Assembly (NCBI GenBank): GCA_004022145.1 | Contig: RCNU01000002.1 | Reading direction: 5' to 3' (one strand) | Length of the DNA stretch: 64,000 nt | Source of the DNA: Paecilomyces variotii | Lineage: Eukaryota | Part shown: positions 1 to 13,400 of the stretch, one piece after another | Numbering within the stretch: the stretch's first letter is position 1 | Layout of the letters: each line of letters opens with the position of its first letter | Program-made: the position numbers and the translations under genes | The notes under the pieces: model-generated | Databases searched by the model: none | The model's input: the letters and a program-made list of their open reading frames with translations, nothing else | What the model was told of the DNA's origin: nothing

Positions 1-12
1 TGGTCTACCGTC

Positions 13-1517
13 ATGTCTTCAGTGAAAGCTTTCGCAACCAAGTTACAGGACAGAAAAGTGATGCAAACCGCCATGGAGAAACGCAGAGTGTTTCCAATAA
101 GTGGATTTAAGACCGTTGAGCCGGACCACCTAGTGGAAGAAGAGGAGTTGCCTGATTACCGAGCTGATCGATTCTATCCCGTACAACTAGGTGAAGTGTT
201 CAAGGACCGCTATCAGGTGCTTACGAAGCTTGGATTTGGCACTTCATCAACCGCTTGGCTAGCCCGGGATTTGAAGTAAGTAGGCGTGGGGTCCAGTGTT
301 GGGAATTTCTAACTAATCCTTTCAGAGCTCGCCAGTATGTCGCGCTCAAGGTGTATGTGCGCACGTCGTTGGTTCATCGCGAGCTGCCATTCTATCATCA
401 TATCGCTAGACATATCACCGAGAGCTCACATGTAGGGCGAGGTAACATCCGTAGGCTACTGGACTTCTTCGAAGCCGCAGGTCCAGACGGCCGCCATGTT
501 GTCCTCGTTTTTGAAGCTGCGCAAATGAGTCTGCGTGATATGAAGACAGTCTTTTGGCCGGATGGGTTTGAAGAAAATTTCGTCAAGGGTGCCATTATCG
601 AGCTTCTAAAGGCTTTAGATTTTCTCCACACCCAAGGAGAAACTGTCCATACTGGTATCTACCCTCCCACTGCCCTTCTTCGACTCAAATATCTCATTTA
701 GTTTGTCACTGATAAATTGTAGATGTGCACCCTGGCAACATGCTCCTTGGCGTTTATAACAATGATCTTCTACGAACCCTTGAAGAATGGGAGTTCACTC
801 ATCCCGTTCTGCGTAAGATAGTGTCGTCCACTCGAACTATCTTCCACTCTCGGTTAATGAAGCCCAAGGAGGGCCCAATGCTCCTTTCTGATTTTGGTGA
901 AGCCAGAATTGGTCCTGGACCGCACGGAGGTGATATAATGCCCTTGGAGTACCGGGCTCCCGAAATATTGCTTTATGTAGGATGGAGCTATCCCGTTGAT
1001 GTGTGGAGTGTCGGCCTAACGGTGTGTTGATTCAAATCCCCATCCTTGACATAGGCATATACGCTGACCCCGTTCTGAGGAAAGGCCTGGCAACTCCTTG
1101 AACCAAAGATATTGTTCACCGCACGTGATGAGGACGGAGATCTTTACGATGCTGCTCATCTTGCCCAACTTATTGCCGCTTTGGGTCCACCTCCACCTGG
1201 ATTTCTGGCCAAGAATCCAGAGCGGAGATCTATATTTTGGGACGATCAAGGTATGTTGGCTACCTGAGAATAGTAGACACCTAGAAAGACAAACCGCAAT
1301 GTGTCGCTTTTCCGTATCATGACTTCTGACCCCTCCCATTATAGGTCAATGGCTAGGCCTTGCGCCCATACCGCGTGGCCGTACCTTGGAGGCCCTTGAA
1401 ACTCGACTAGAGGATAAATGTGGCTTCCTCAGGTTCATACGAAGAGCATTGACCTGGATGCCTGAAGAGAGACCCACGGCTAAAGAGCTTCTACAGGATC
1501 CTTGGCTGGTAGGCTAG
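13..1517 (+). CDS. SRPK-like (CMGC group) Ser/Thr protein kinase, 5 exons (13-275, 326-654, 723-1021, 1085-1250, 1345-1517)
   Basis: Spliced translation gives LGFGTSSTAWL (Gly loop), VALK, HTDVHPGN, DFGEA, YRAPE, DVWSVG and RPTAKELLQDPW. Four GT-AG introns keep the frame. Confidence 0.88.
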
Positions 1518-4500
1518 AAAATGTGACACCACGCCCGGTTTTACCAGTTTGTTCTATTCGCAAGAGTCAATTGTAAATCTAGCACGCTAGGTATAGTTGT
1601 GTCACCATTACAGTCCCTTCTGGCTGGTACCCAAGCAATTATAAACCAAGTTACTCCAATTGATGCTTGTAGTTCAATAGTGGCGGGAACGATCTTCTGC
1701 TATGACAGACGATGATGACACTTTCAGAGTCTTTGAAAAGTCGAGAGCAAGAAAGTCTATTACAGTTTATGCAACACATAACAAAGAAAATAGAAAAGTC
1801 AATGTTGTATTGTAACCCGCAGCCTAGTTGTCGAGATCGGATGGGAAACTCCGCGACGGTAACGTGCAGAGGGACAGATAGCGCGAAGTGGGTTATATAT
1901 ATGCAGAGATAGTTATCCCTCATATTGGCGCTGTCCGGTGTAATAAAAGAGCAACGACTTTCTCTTAGCGCGAAAATGTCAGCTAAGTATATTTTCCGTC
2001 AGAGAAATAGATCAAAATAGTATTTCTAGTCAAGGCGGAAAATGATGTGAGATTGTTGGGTTAAGTAAATATGGCGCTCAGGAGTGACAGCGTTGGATTT
2101 CTCTTCTGAGCTCTTCTTACATGTGACATGCAAGCAGAACAACAGAAATTCTTAGCCGGTGTAACTTAGCAATGTAAGACCCAGGTATTCTGAAGTTCCT
2201 TCCAGTCTACTCGTCTTCAGGATAACATAGTTCCCACCGCCTTATTGCTTTCTTTCTTTTCGAATCAATGTCTTGATCCAACATTGGGATTTTGGCAATA
2301 TGTATCCGATGATGCTCCGACCAACTCTTGGGATGCTAGACATCGGTGTTCAGCTGGATTCTACATTCTCTAATATTTAGAGCGTAAGAACTGGAACAAA
2401 CAAGGCTGGAATTGTCCTCTATGACGCAACACAACACTCTAAGGAAGTTGTTATGAGCAAATGGCAGTGCTTATTAGTAGATCTGCAATCTAAGGGACTA
2501 CATATCTACTACTGCAGGGGCCTCGCGCGTTGACTCGCCTTTGACTCTTGCGTTGCGCTCCTGGTAACTGAGAATTATCAACTATTCCGTAAGAGTACGG
2601 TGTTAGTAATTTACCTAGCGGGCTTTCGGCTCGGCAAGGTTGGACCGTTCCGTCTCCACAGCCAATATCTACTAATAATAATGGATTCGAGAGTTTTCTG
2701 TATGGTAATCAAGGGTCCAGCTAGAGACCAGGGTTCCCCGTCGAGAGGCTCTCAACTTTCAAGGGTCTCGAAACAAGCAGTGATTGTTCTAGAAGAGTGA
2801 ATCCATATCGGAACTGTTCTCTGTTGGTATGCGTTCCTGCGACAAGTTGGTTAGTTGGCGAGTATCTAGGTAGTATAACCACTACTGCCGCCAATACAAC
2901 ATCTAACATCTCAGCTAGGCATATGATGTCGCCCTGATGACGTGCGCGTCTCACGCACTACTAGAGTATGGTACGGTCAAGCTCCGCATCATAGCCCTGA
3001 GTGGCGACTTGATGAACGAGCCTAGAGGAGAACTGTTCAGAGCCGAATGAGCAATAAACAACATGGCAGACCATTGTTGTACCATACTCTAGAGTCTAGA
3101 GTAATGAGACCGAAGCTGTCAGTGGATATGGGCTATCCATGGTTGGAAGTGATCGGATGGAGATGCGAGTTCGACTTTCTCGTGGCGGTCAACGATCCTT
3201 CGCAAGGGACAGCAGGTTGCACCAGCTCGTCGGAGGTTTCTCCATCGCGTGGTTTCACTACTTGCGTTCATCTGGTCTCTCCATGAATCATGGTGGGTTC
3301 GCATCTTCTCACCAGGGTCACTATCAGCCTCAATACTGCTAACTAGTCTATCTAGCTCGCATCTGCCTTGGTTTCCTGCGACAAAAACAAAGTCGCGGTC
3401 AATCCGGTGGGGATGTACAGGTGGCAGAGGTCCCAAAAGGAGGTCTCTTGGAGGATCTCATGAAGAAATCCAAGACATACGAGCACTTTCTCCGGGCTCC
3501 GTGTATCCCACGTCTCGCCAATTGCAAGACCTCTTTTGCAAGCGCGATCGAGCTGGCGTGTCGAAGATCTGCGCCGAGGTTAACAACTGGAGCAAGACGT
3601 CGCGATTCGGAGCGGGGTAAAATCAATAATCCCCTGGCTAGAGCCTCGTGCTTTTACCATCTTCAGACTTCGTTTGGCGCCACCACGGGTGGATCTTGTA
3701 GATCGCCGACCACGAGGGTTTTGAATCGTTGTCTCTTACCAAGCCAACCGCGGTGCCTGGGACCGTTCGAACGCTAGGGCATATGAATCTGATCTCGTAG
3801 TTGGTCGAGCTTTCTGCAAGAAATTTTCGGGCTTCAGATTTGTCAGTCATGGATTCACCGCGGGCTTTAACCTCCTCATGGCTCGTGCGTTTCGTCACCA
3901 AGCAACAGTCATGGATGCGGAATATCGGAGGCTTACACAGTAATCTAATACTTGTACTCCGTACACAAATAATTATTATCCCTGATCTATGCGTTCCTCA
4001 GCGATGGCGCCACGATCGTCCTACAGCAGATCTCCTATCGGCATACAGGGCCAGATGATAATTGCCGGCGCACGACTCACGTAGTATCAACCGTTTGTCC
4101 GTTTGTCACACCTTCTGTAACCGTTTCGTTGTTTTCTTGAGTCCGTCCGTTCCCTATTTGGCAGAGTCAGTGGGTATTATTGCGTCTCCTCGGCCTCGAG
4201 CGTGTCTTCTCAATGGCTTTGAAAATTGCTCAGAACGCGGTACCTTTCGGCTCTTGCGGGATGTCGACTGTCATCTTTGCATGACAGACAAGAGTATCGA
4301 TCCACTTCAGCCCGGGAGATGAGGAGATCCATGGTTCGTCCTCAATCTTTTTACCTTATTATTATTGACTAAGTTAACTACCGGTGATAGTCAACAGTCA
4401 GCAGCCTCGAAGTGATCTTGACGCCCCCCTCTATACCTCGTCGTTAGGGCTTGCTTTGAGATCGACGCGGGTGGAGACAAGCGTAATTGACAAATTATGA

Positions 4501-4914
4501 TGCTCCATAGGTACAGTAGTACTTACACGAGGGTACCATCGTCCGGCCACATGGTACTAAGGTACACGCCTCGTAGGGGTTCTTATGGCGTCCCCAAGAT
4601 GTGGACGGGCTTCCCGTACTGGGGTACACTATTGACTACTATCAAAACCTTCGTCCCGTCATAACTAATACCCCCGCAGGAGTCTCCTCTCATGGGAAAA
4701 TTTCGCGCTTAAATTTAAGAGATAATGATAACTTTAACAGCATCTGTGCGCCTCTTCTGCCTGATGTACTGGCCTTGAAGTACCAGGACGTCCGCACTTC
4801 CATCTTGACGAACCTGCAGAGTGCAGCCTTTCGTGCCTGTGCCCAAGACAACAACGATCACTGAACACCGAGTGGATCGTCAATTTTCTACACTGGTTCA
4901 GCCAAGGGAGCACG

Positions 4915-6320
4915 ATGGACGTCCTTGCCAGCAGCATATTCCCCCGGGGAGATGAAACAGGAGCGTCTCGAGGGAGAGCCGCCGTGATCATTACAGGCGT
5001 GCTCACGGCATTCGCCGCCTTGACTGTTGCGGTGCGCCTCTACACGAGAGCCGGTCTTCTGAAGTCGACAGGACGTGAAGACTGGTTAATCTTAGGGGCT
5101 ATGGTCAGTCGACTCTCAAGTGTTATCATTGTACCTGGCTAATAATGTGTCCTGCAGGCGTTCTCTTTTGTGTATCTTGGTCTAGTTGTTGGTCGTAAGT
5201 TACCCAAGACAGTCCCTACTGCCATACGGATGAGATGCTAATATCATGCTATAGAACAACAATATGGGCTTGGAAAGCATGAGTGGGCCATCTCCCCAGA
5301 ATCCATGAAGATTCAACTTCGAGTGGGTCGCAACAGAAGCACAGATGATGATTGCAAAATGACTGATTGAATGCTAGTGTCTCTGGATCGCCATTCCCAT
5401 GTACAACAGCAGTCTGGTCTGCACCAAGTTCTCCATTCTTTTCAACTACCTACGGGTTTTTCCTAATCGTCGCCTCCGTCTCTCATGCTATATCATGATG
5501 TGTGTTGTCACTTCCTATTCGACATGGGCCATCGTCAGCGGCTATTTCACCTGCGTGCCGGTGGCCAAGTTCTGGGACCCTACGATCAAGGGACACTGCC
5601 TCAACTTCCAAGCCCTCTGGTTCTTCAACGCTGCCATGAATATCATTACGGACACCACACTCCTTATTATCCCAATGCCGGTCCTTTCTCATCTGCAGCT
5701 TCCTAAGAAGCAAAAGTTTGCCCTGATGGGAGTCTTTGCTGTCGGTGCCATGTGAGTGCCTGCCCGCCCTTTCTCCCTCACACCTCGATTACTCCTGCTA
5801 ACATACCTCATCCAGTGTCTGTATCACGTCCATCCTACGTCTAAGTGGCCTTCACAAGGTTGCCGTCAGCAAAGACACCTCTTGTAAGTTCTAGGCTTCC
5901 ATCTTATCAAAACGAAAATCTCGAACCTAGCAAGACTAACATGTCTGTACAGGGGACAACGTCAGCGCCGCCTTCTGGACCGCTGCTGAATGCAACGTCG
6001 CCATCATCTGCGCCTGTCTTCCCTACCTGCGGCCTCTGATTGCCCGCATGTTCCCTCACTTCATCAACGCCAGCAGCTACAACGAACGCACTGCGGGTCG
6101 GCGAACCACCGGAACCTTCTCCAAACATCAGGCCACGATGCTCAGCCAGGGCGCAGACTTCGATCTGTACACCATTAACATCGAGAAAGGCGACGACAAC
6201 ACGAGTCGCAGCACGATGAGCGGTATCGAAGTCACCACCGAGATGACGACAGTTCAAGAGCCCAATAAAGAATTCGAATCGATCAGTGAGCGCAGACTCG
6301 TTATGCAACCTGAACCCTAG
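4915..6320 (+). CDS. PTH11-like (fungal rhodopsin-domain) integral membrane protein without CFEM domain, multi-exon
   Basis: Family motifs VAVRLYTR, GREDWL, YGLGKHEW, TKFSILFNYLRVF, CVPVAKFWD, NIITD..LLIIPMP, QLPKKQK, SILRL, WTAAECNVAIICACLP are spread over exons separated by GT-AG introns. Confidence 0.88.
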
Positions 6321-6903
6321 ATATTCTCGTTCGTTTCTCTGGGTTTCGAATTTCAACTTCCACACCGCTTACGCCATGACATGTTTTCATATTTCTCAAC
6401 AACTACATATCATCACTTCTCGTCTTTTGGGAGACATTCTTTTTTTTTCCGGATTCTTTATACCCATGCCCCATGACATAACATAACCAATACAGTTACG
6501 GCATTCTCTGTACATATATACCCTTTTTCTTCTTCTTCTTTTGATACCATCATGACGGCCAATCTGTGCCATTTTACTTTCTATTCTTGTATATACATTA
6601 TCCCCATTATCTTCATTTGATCCATCATGATCTCTGCATGCTAGCCTCTGCACTTATGCTAGCCTTTAATATGATAATTCTTTCATGACTTGAAACAAAC
6701 GATCCGTCGAGTTCTAGAACTGCGAGAGAGCAAGTAGTCATATCGAACCCCGTAGCGGGACAGCTAGTTGCCCACCCGATTCTGGACCTGGGGTGGGACC
6801 CTATAGGGGGCTAATTAGCTCTTAGGGGTCTAATAATATGTTCTGAACCTACCATCACAGAAAGCGACATAGTTCTAATCCTATCCAGCACAAGACTCAC
6901 CCT

Positions 6904-7398
6904 TCAAACCAACATCACCATCCCCATCTGTTTCGGCGCCGCCTCCACGAATCCATTCTTCACATATAACTTCCTCCCCGCCTCATCCGCGAACAAGGTC
7001 ACATACGCACTTGCTCTTCTCTCTTCTCCTTTTCCTTCTTCCCATGGTACTTCCACTTTAATCTTCCACAAAAGCCTCTTCAACACCGCATCGCCTAACC
7101 CACGTCTCTGATGTTCTGGCAATACCGCCATATCAGCGATGTGAAAGTACCAGCCACCATCGCCAATGATGCGGCCCATTGCGACGGGTGTGCTGTCGTC
7201 GTCGTTGGTAGTTATGTAGCATCCATACCAGCTCCCGGATAAGGCGGCGCGGGCTTGGGCCGTTGTCTTGGGTGTGAGGCCTGATGCGGAGCGAAGGTGG
7301 AGGTATGATGGGACGGAGGGGTATCCGTCGTGGAGGGTGTAACCGGTTGGTGCGGGTGGTGGTTGAGATATGGTATCGGCAGAGGATGGAATTGACAT
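6904..7398 (-). CDS. GNAT-family N-acetyltransferase
   Basis: Intronless 164-aa ORF with VAMGRIIGDGG, IADMAVLPEHQRRGLG (acetyl-CoA-binding motif A) and GRKLYVKNGF. Confidence 0.9.
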   Translation of the reverse strand: MSIPSSADTISQPPPAPTGYTLHDGYPSVPSYLHLRSASGLTPKTTAQARAALSGSWYGCYITTNDDDSTPVAMGRIIGDGGWYFHIADMAVLPEHQRRGLGDAVLKRLLWKIKVEVPWEEGKGEERRASAYVTLFADEAGRKLYVKNGFVEAAPKQMGMVMLV

Positions 7399-8488
7399 TT
7401 TCTAGTTTCGGAGTCAATTTTACTTCGTTTTTTATCGATTGATGTAGATGCTGATTAATTGAAAGGTTTGATATGGTACCTAAGTCTGATTGTTGCTTTG
7501 GAAAGTGATATAGTCGTCCGGCAGCTGAGAACAAGGATGTTAATAGTGGTGGGATCAACATTCAACAAATTATCTAGTATCTAGAGTCTTTATCCCGTCG
7601 ATATAGAGTTAAGCTTTGAAGGAGGCATCCACAGTACGTGGCTATATCCTGATCTAGTTCTTGGAAGCCGGAGTTCCCCGAATGCAGGGTTGTTTGAAGA
7701 ACCACAGAAATCGAAATGAACAATATAACTGAATCCGATGTATACTTATGTCCTTAGGAACCCAAACCCTTTATTTAAAGAATACGGTTTCTTCCAGATT
7801 CTACATCGAATTCCGAGCTTTAGTCTAAGTGCTGATAAGATGCGCTTCCCCGCATGTCGTTCGTTCTAGACGGTCGTGGTGTTTGACGTGCAATGTATGT
7901 ATGTACATAAATACATACTTTTCAGCAATATATCAGCTTTCCCAGTACGCAATACAGAATGAAATATACTACAACCTTCATGGACAGATACCTCGTCAGT
8001 GATAAAACCACGCTCTCTACTACTGGTGGCAGCCCTAGCCCTAACGCCCATAAGCAACGACGGGACGAAAAAAGCGCCTAAGAGAAAACACGACCCGCCT
8101 TCCCCGCCTGGGCTTTTGGAGATCCAGACATGCTTCTTCGGAGCTCGCCTCTTCCTGCTAGACAGCCCAATCCCTTTATGGGATGCAACATCGCGCTGGC
8201 GGCGGGGGCTCCAGCTATTAAGTCTAGGTTCTCTTGGTGTGTCGCTTCTTCTGGTTCTCGGGACGAAGCTGTCCTCCTCATCCTACCCTAGAGTAGATGT
8301 ATTGTATGTCTATGCTTGTTGGAGTAGCTTCCAATTGATGTCTATGAGAAGCATTAGCCAAAGGAATCGTGTATTTGATTGAGCTTCATTCTGTACGGCA
8401 CAGGACGGTAAGATTCCAGCTCCTCTTGGCAGTGACTCATGTGTAGAATGGTACGAGATACTAACCGGATAATAGTGCAGGCTTTTCG

Positions 8489-10495
8489 ATGCAGGAAGGT
8501 ACTTCGTCAGTCAACGACGCTCTTTCGCGGGTTGGCAAGGATGTCTCGTCCAGTCGAGATTCGCAGATGAACATTGAACTAGAAAGTACAGGTTTCGGAC
8601 GAGATGCGTATGACAAGGGCAGCTCAGGAAGTTCGGGCATGCCGGGAGCGATGCCAGAGGACCATGAACTCCAACCAACTTCTTCAGACCTTGGGCCGCC
8701 TTGGTCGCAGCAAGATGATGAGCCTCATCGCAGTAAAGTCCGAGTGGTCGCTATCATGGTTGCTCTTTCTGTAAGTCTTGGACTTCTTAACAGTTCCTAA
8801 AGATGCGTGATATCGAGTATGTTTTTAATGATTGTAGTTGTCGCTCTTTGTTGCCGCTCTTGACCAAACTATCATGGCAACCGCCATTCCAACAATATCA
8901 GCGGAACTCCATTCTGCGTCTGGCTACACCTGGATTGGCGGTGCTTATCTTCTTGCAAATGCTGCCGCAGCCACGATCTGGGCCAAGCTGTCGGATATCT
9001 GGGGACGGAAGCCAATCTTGCTATCTGCAGTTGCCTTGTTCTTTGGCAGTTCTATAATATGTGCGACCGCTGTTGATATGACTATGCTTATCGTCGGTAG
9101 AGCTCTGCAAGGGACAGCCGGAGGTGGCCTCATCCAGCTGGTGACGATCACTATTTCCGATCTGTTTAGCGTCAGGTAATGATCTTGACTGGATGAGATC
9201 CATGGACTACGGGCTAACTTTTGGTAGACACCGCAGTCTTTATCTCGGACTCCTCGAGTTCATGTGGGCTATCGCTGGTGGTGTCGGACCGCTGATGGGT
9301 GGTGCTTTCTCCCAGTACGTTTCATGGAGATGGAACTATTGGATCAATCTGCCCGTCTCGGGGACTACGTTCGTCCTGTTGCTGCTCTTCCTAGACGTAC
9401 ATAACCCAAGGACGAAGATGCTTGAGGGCGTAATGGCCATTGATTGGTTTGGAAGTATCTCAATCCTGGGCCTTACTTTGATGTTGCTCCTTGGTCTGAA
9501 CTTTGGAGGGGAGACGTTCCCATGGGACTCACCTAAGGTTATCTGTCTTATCGTTTTCGGATGTGCTATGTCTCTGCTGTTCATCTACAGCGAAAAAAGG
9601 CTTGCGAAATATCCACTGATGCCCATGCATATTTTCAACCATGTGTCCAACATTGCTAGTCTCACGGTCTGCTTTACACAAGGATTTGTAAGTTTCCTTA
9701 CTCGTTTTAGGAGCTTGCAGACAAGACTAATGTGCGCAGGTCTTTATTGCTGGTGAATATTACCTGCCTCTCTACTTCCAGTCGGTCCAGGAAGCGTCAC
9801 CGATGCGCTCGGGTCTACTCATCCTCCCTATTGTGTTGATGGAAGCCTTGATGGGTGTTACAGCTGGAGTCGTCATCCACCGCACCGGCAGATATCTCGA
9901 ACTCATCTATATCGGAGTCGTCCTGCTTACAGTCGGAAACGGGCTGTATATTCTGTACAACGCTACTTCATCTCTAGGTGAAATCATTGGGTTCCAGATC
10001 ATTAGTGGCATCGGCGCCGGGCTCCTGTTCGAAGCGCCACTTATCAGCTTACAGGCTGGCGTCTCGCAAGAGGACACCGCAACTGCTACGGCAACGCTGG
10101 GCTTTATCCGAAATCTTGCTACCTCCTCATCAATAGTCATCGGTGGAGTGGTATTCCAGAATTGCATGAAGATGCAAGCACCTGGGCTTCGCGCAGCAGG
10201 GCTGTCAGCGATCCTAACGGCAGAACTGACGGGAGGGGATGCGGCGGCAAACGTCATGACGGTCAGGAAGATAAAAGATCCCGCCCAGAAGCTAGCTGTC
10301 AAGGAGGCTTTCGCGTCCAGCCTCCGGAATATGTGGATCTTATACACGTGTGTCGCTGCTGTGGGAGTGGTTGCGAGCGCGTTCGTGATGAAGATAAAGC
10401 TGAGCAAAGAGCATAAGGAGACGAAGACTGGCCTTAGGAAAAAGTCCGATCCAGATACCCCCGGTTCAAGTACACCCCCTGTTGTCACGGCATGA
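8489..10495 (+). CDS. MFS drug:H+ antiporter, DHA2 (14-TMS) family, 4 coding exons
   Basis: ALDQTIMATAIPTI, WAKLSDIWGRK, GRALQGTAGGG, GGVGPLMGG, WRWNYWINLP, YYLPLYFQ. Introns at about 8771-8837, 9176-9227 and 9688-9739. The start may lie upstream because of a possible intron at about 8408-8480. Confidence 0.9.
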
Positions 10496-11324
10496 ACTAT
10501 GAATCGATGGGCCCGAGTAACCCGGATATATTGAAAGATTGTCGAAATGAGATTCCAGATTATGGCAATTTTTCTTTGCCATGTGTCTGTGAAAAGTCCA
10601 GCGAAGTCATGTTTACTCAAGCAGGCCCATTTCTCTGCATGGCATGTATAGCATAGAGCTTGATGTGGATCATGGACTCGAGCATGTATACAAAAAGTTA
10701 TCTTCAAAGCAAGCATGTATATACGGAGGAGTGCATTCAAACATCGCTTTGATGAATCCTCCACTGCTCTTTGACAATTCTATTATTATTCTTTGGAGCA
10801 TAGGAAAAAACATCCAAGTATCCGCGGTGCACGTGCCAAGAGCACGGGCCACCTCTCCAGCCTCCCCCGGTTATTGTTACCTGCTCTACCGGTTATGTCC
10901 AGCTTACCATCTTCCATTGCGATCCGTCTCCTGTCCTGGTCATATTTGTTCCCAAGCTTACCCTCTTTGCGCAACCTGAACAGTGTTTGGGCAGCTCGCA
11001 AGGGAATCTGGTCCTTGCATCAGACCTCCATTCGAATCATCGACCCGCTTTACCAATCGTGGTGTATCCGCGCACGCGCCACTCCGATTAGGCCACGACG
11101 TTTTTTCCCCGACAGCTCTGCGCTCCACACTATTTCTCTGTCTTCCTGATACCTACCGTCTTTGCAACGGCTATATCAGCTATATCATCTCAATCCGATT
11201 TAAATAGTCTCGTCGTTGCGTCTTAGGGAGGAATCAGTCCCGTCTGCGCAAGTCCCGATATTTAGAAGGGGGAAAGCTCGAATCTGCAAACCATTTCAGA
11301 TTGATTAGACAACATCGCGACAAG

Positions 11325-12050
11325 ATGGATTTCTCCAACGTTTTGTATGCCTTTCCTTGCGGCTCTTTTGCAATGCGTGATCATGACCTTGCTGCGCTAT
11401 CGTGACCGGTACAATGCGCTTGACCTGTTGTTGATACGCGGTCTTGCGGCCAACACCGGGTCTAGCCCTAGCAACGGATGAGATTCCTTTCTCAAGAGTT
11501 AGATTTGAAGAGTCAGACAGCTGACTTCTCTGTGCACAGCCGCCTCGCTAACATCGCCGTCGGTGCGATTATGGTCCTCGGCGGTATTGCTCAGTTCTTC
11601 CCTACATCGCTGAGCGCGGTCATCGTTGGCGTGTACGTTATCATCTTCGGTCTCAGTACGTTCGACCCCTCGCCTGCGACGATACTTGTTTTGCGGTCAT
11701 GGCAGCAGTACTGACCTGGTTCTTTTCAGTTGTTGCTGGATTGGAGTTTCTTCCCCAGGTTCCCGATTACGTGTACCGATACGCGTCCTTCCTCTTCTCG
11801 TTCCTGGGACGTGGTATCTGTAAGTAGTTATGGTGTCCAAATCCGATGCGCGATCGCATACTGACTTCGCTGGGAAGTTTACATCTTCGTCGGCTCGCTC
11901 ATGCTGCATGGTCATGTCCTGCAATATATTGCCGGTTCGATTGTCGGCTTCACCGGTGTCGGATACCTTGCTCTGGAGTTCATCCCTTCCATTGAGCCCC
12001 CAGCCAACATGCGAGAGGCCGACAACACCTGGGGCGCTGAGCAGGTCTAA
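11325..12050 (+). CDS. TVP15: Golgi/COPI-associated small membrane protein (Tvp15-like), 4 exons
   Basis: Spliced MDFSNVFRLANIAVGAIMVLGGIAQFFP...YRYASFLFSFLGRG...EFIPSIEPPANMREADNTWGAEQV*. First intron 11345-11539. Confidence 0.8.
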
Positions 12051-13380
12051 GATGTGGGCATCCAACCGCGCGTGACCCCCTAGACCGATGTTGCGCAAGA
12101 TGTGGGCTAGTCACTAGAGCGCAGCATATTATTGAGATATGTGAGAGCTTGACTATACTGTATTATAGCAACTACATGCGGATTATGTGAACACATGCAT
12201 TGAGGAATGAAATTAGGACGGAGAGCTATCATGATCAGACCTGGTACATGTGACTGCCTATGATAATAGGTCCACTGAGATTTTTTCCTGGGCACAGTCA
12301 GAGGGCAAGAAGATGTAATCATCAAGGAGGGGCCCTAAACGGATAGTTACTGACTAGCCTATATTATTAAAGGAACAACAGGCACTGCTTACTTTTCTGG
12401 AGATAAGACCATTGTCGCAATTGATCTTCGACTTTTTCGATCTTGTTGCCTTGTTGGAAATAGACTGTCTTAGTAGGAACAATTCCATTGTGCTGTAAAC
12501 TGTGTATGCCACTCTTTAGCAGCCTTGACATTAGCTTTCTGACGCGTGTCTTCATTAAGCGGCCATTTGAAGTGAAAGTCCCAGTTCCAGTCCGATTCCA
12601 ACGCGGGGTCCGTAGAGTTGGGATCGGGGCCTTTTATTCGATATCAAGGTATGAAGCTTAGACTATTGCAAAGAATTAACTATGTAACCGTTAGACTATC
12701 TATCATGCTAATCTCTCCGTCAGCAATACAGTGACTGAGCGCTAGATAGGTAGTTCTACCTTTTCCAGGTCTCCGGTACGGATAGATAGATAGATAAAAT
12801 AATAGGCTAAAAAAGAATAAAAGTAGAGGGTCACCTGCAGCTCGCTTTCCTGGATCCACCACTCGTCTTTCGTCTTCGTAACTACTCCGTACAGCGTGCA
12901 GAAGGTGAGGCCTAACGCGCAATGAGGGGGGTGGACGATTGACAAGTGAAACCACTCCAAACGACGCTTAACCACCAAACCCGAGGTTCCGGCTGTGACG
13001 TGATGTACTAACCTGCAGCAGCCGGTTGGACAAGAAAACCTCGTCTAGATAATAATGATAATCTACTAATTATGTTTTGGTAGTTAGTTATTTCTTTGAC
13101 TGGAGATTATTATGACAGCTGATCGGTCGATTGTGACTGGATCGCGGAGAATTTTCCGCTGGACGGATAACTATAGTAGATCTCAGATCTTTTTTCTTTC
13201 TTTTCTTTTTTCTTTTTTTTTCTTTTTGCTGCACAGGTGATTGATTCGTTTTAAGTCAAATTGGCGGCTATATCCGCGAGGAAGAGACCAGAAATAGAAC
13301 AATACTAATAGTTCATGACTGACAGGCCAGACAAGCTTTTGTCAGCCTTTCCGGGACGCCGGGTCGGGGTGGCGACGTGG

Positions 13381-13400
13381 CCAATCGAGTGTCACTGAAT
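13381..13400 (+). promoter_or_regulatory. Candidate CBC/HapX bipartite site (CSAAT-N12-RWT) upstream of sreA; second CCAAT box at 13432-13436
   Basis: The sequence reads CCAAT-cgagtgtcactg-AAT. sreA is an established CBC/HapX-repressed gene in Aspergillus. Confidence 0.55.

Noticed and set aside
3119-3901. Several short minus-strand ORFs with an intron-like GTATGT...TTGAC...CAG segment (about 3480-3377)
   Set aside because: I could not assemble a continuous ATG-to-stop model or recognise a domain. It may be a relic, but it is unsupported.
7999-8382. 127-aa ORF with hydrophobic N-terminus upstream of the MFS gene
   Set aside because: Starts at GTG, has no family motifs, and lies in the probable promoter/5' leader of the transporter.
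9907-10764. 285-aa minus-strand ORF
   Set aside because: Antisense shadow of the MFS last exon with no independent coding features.
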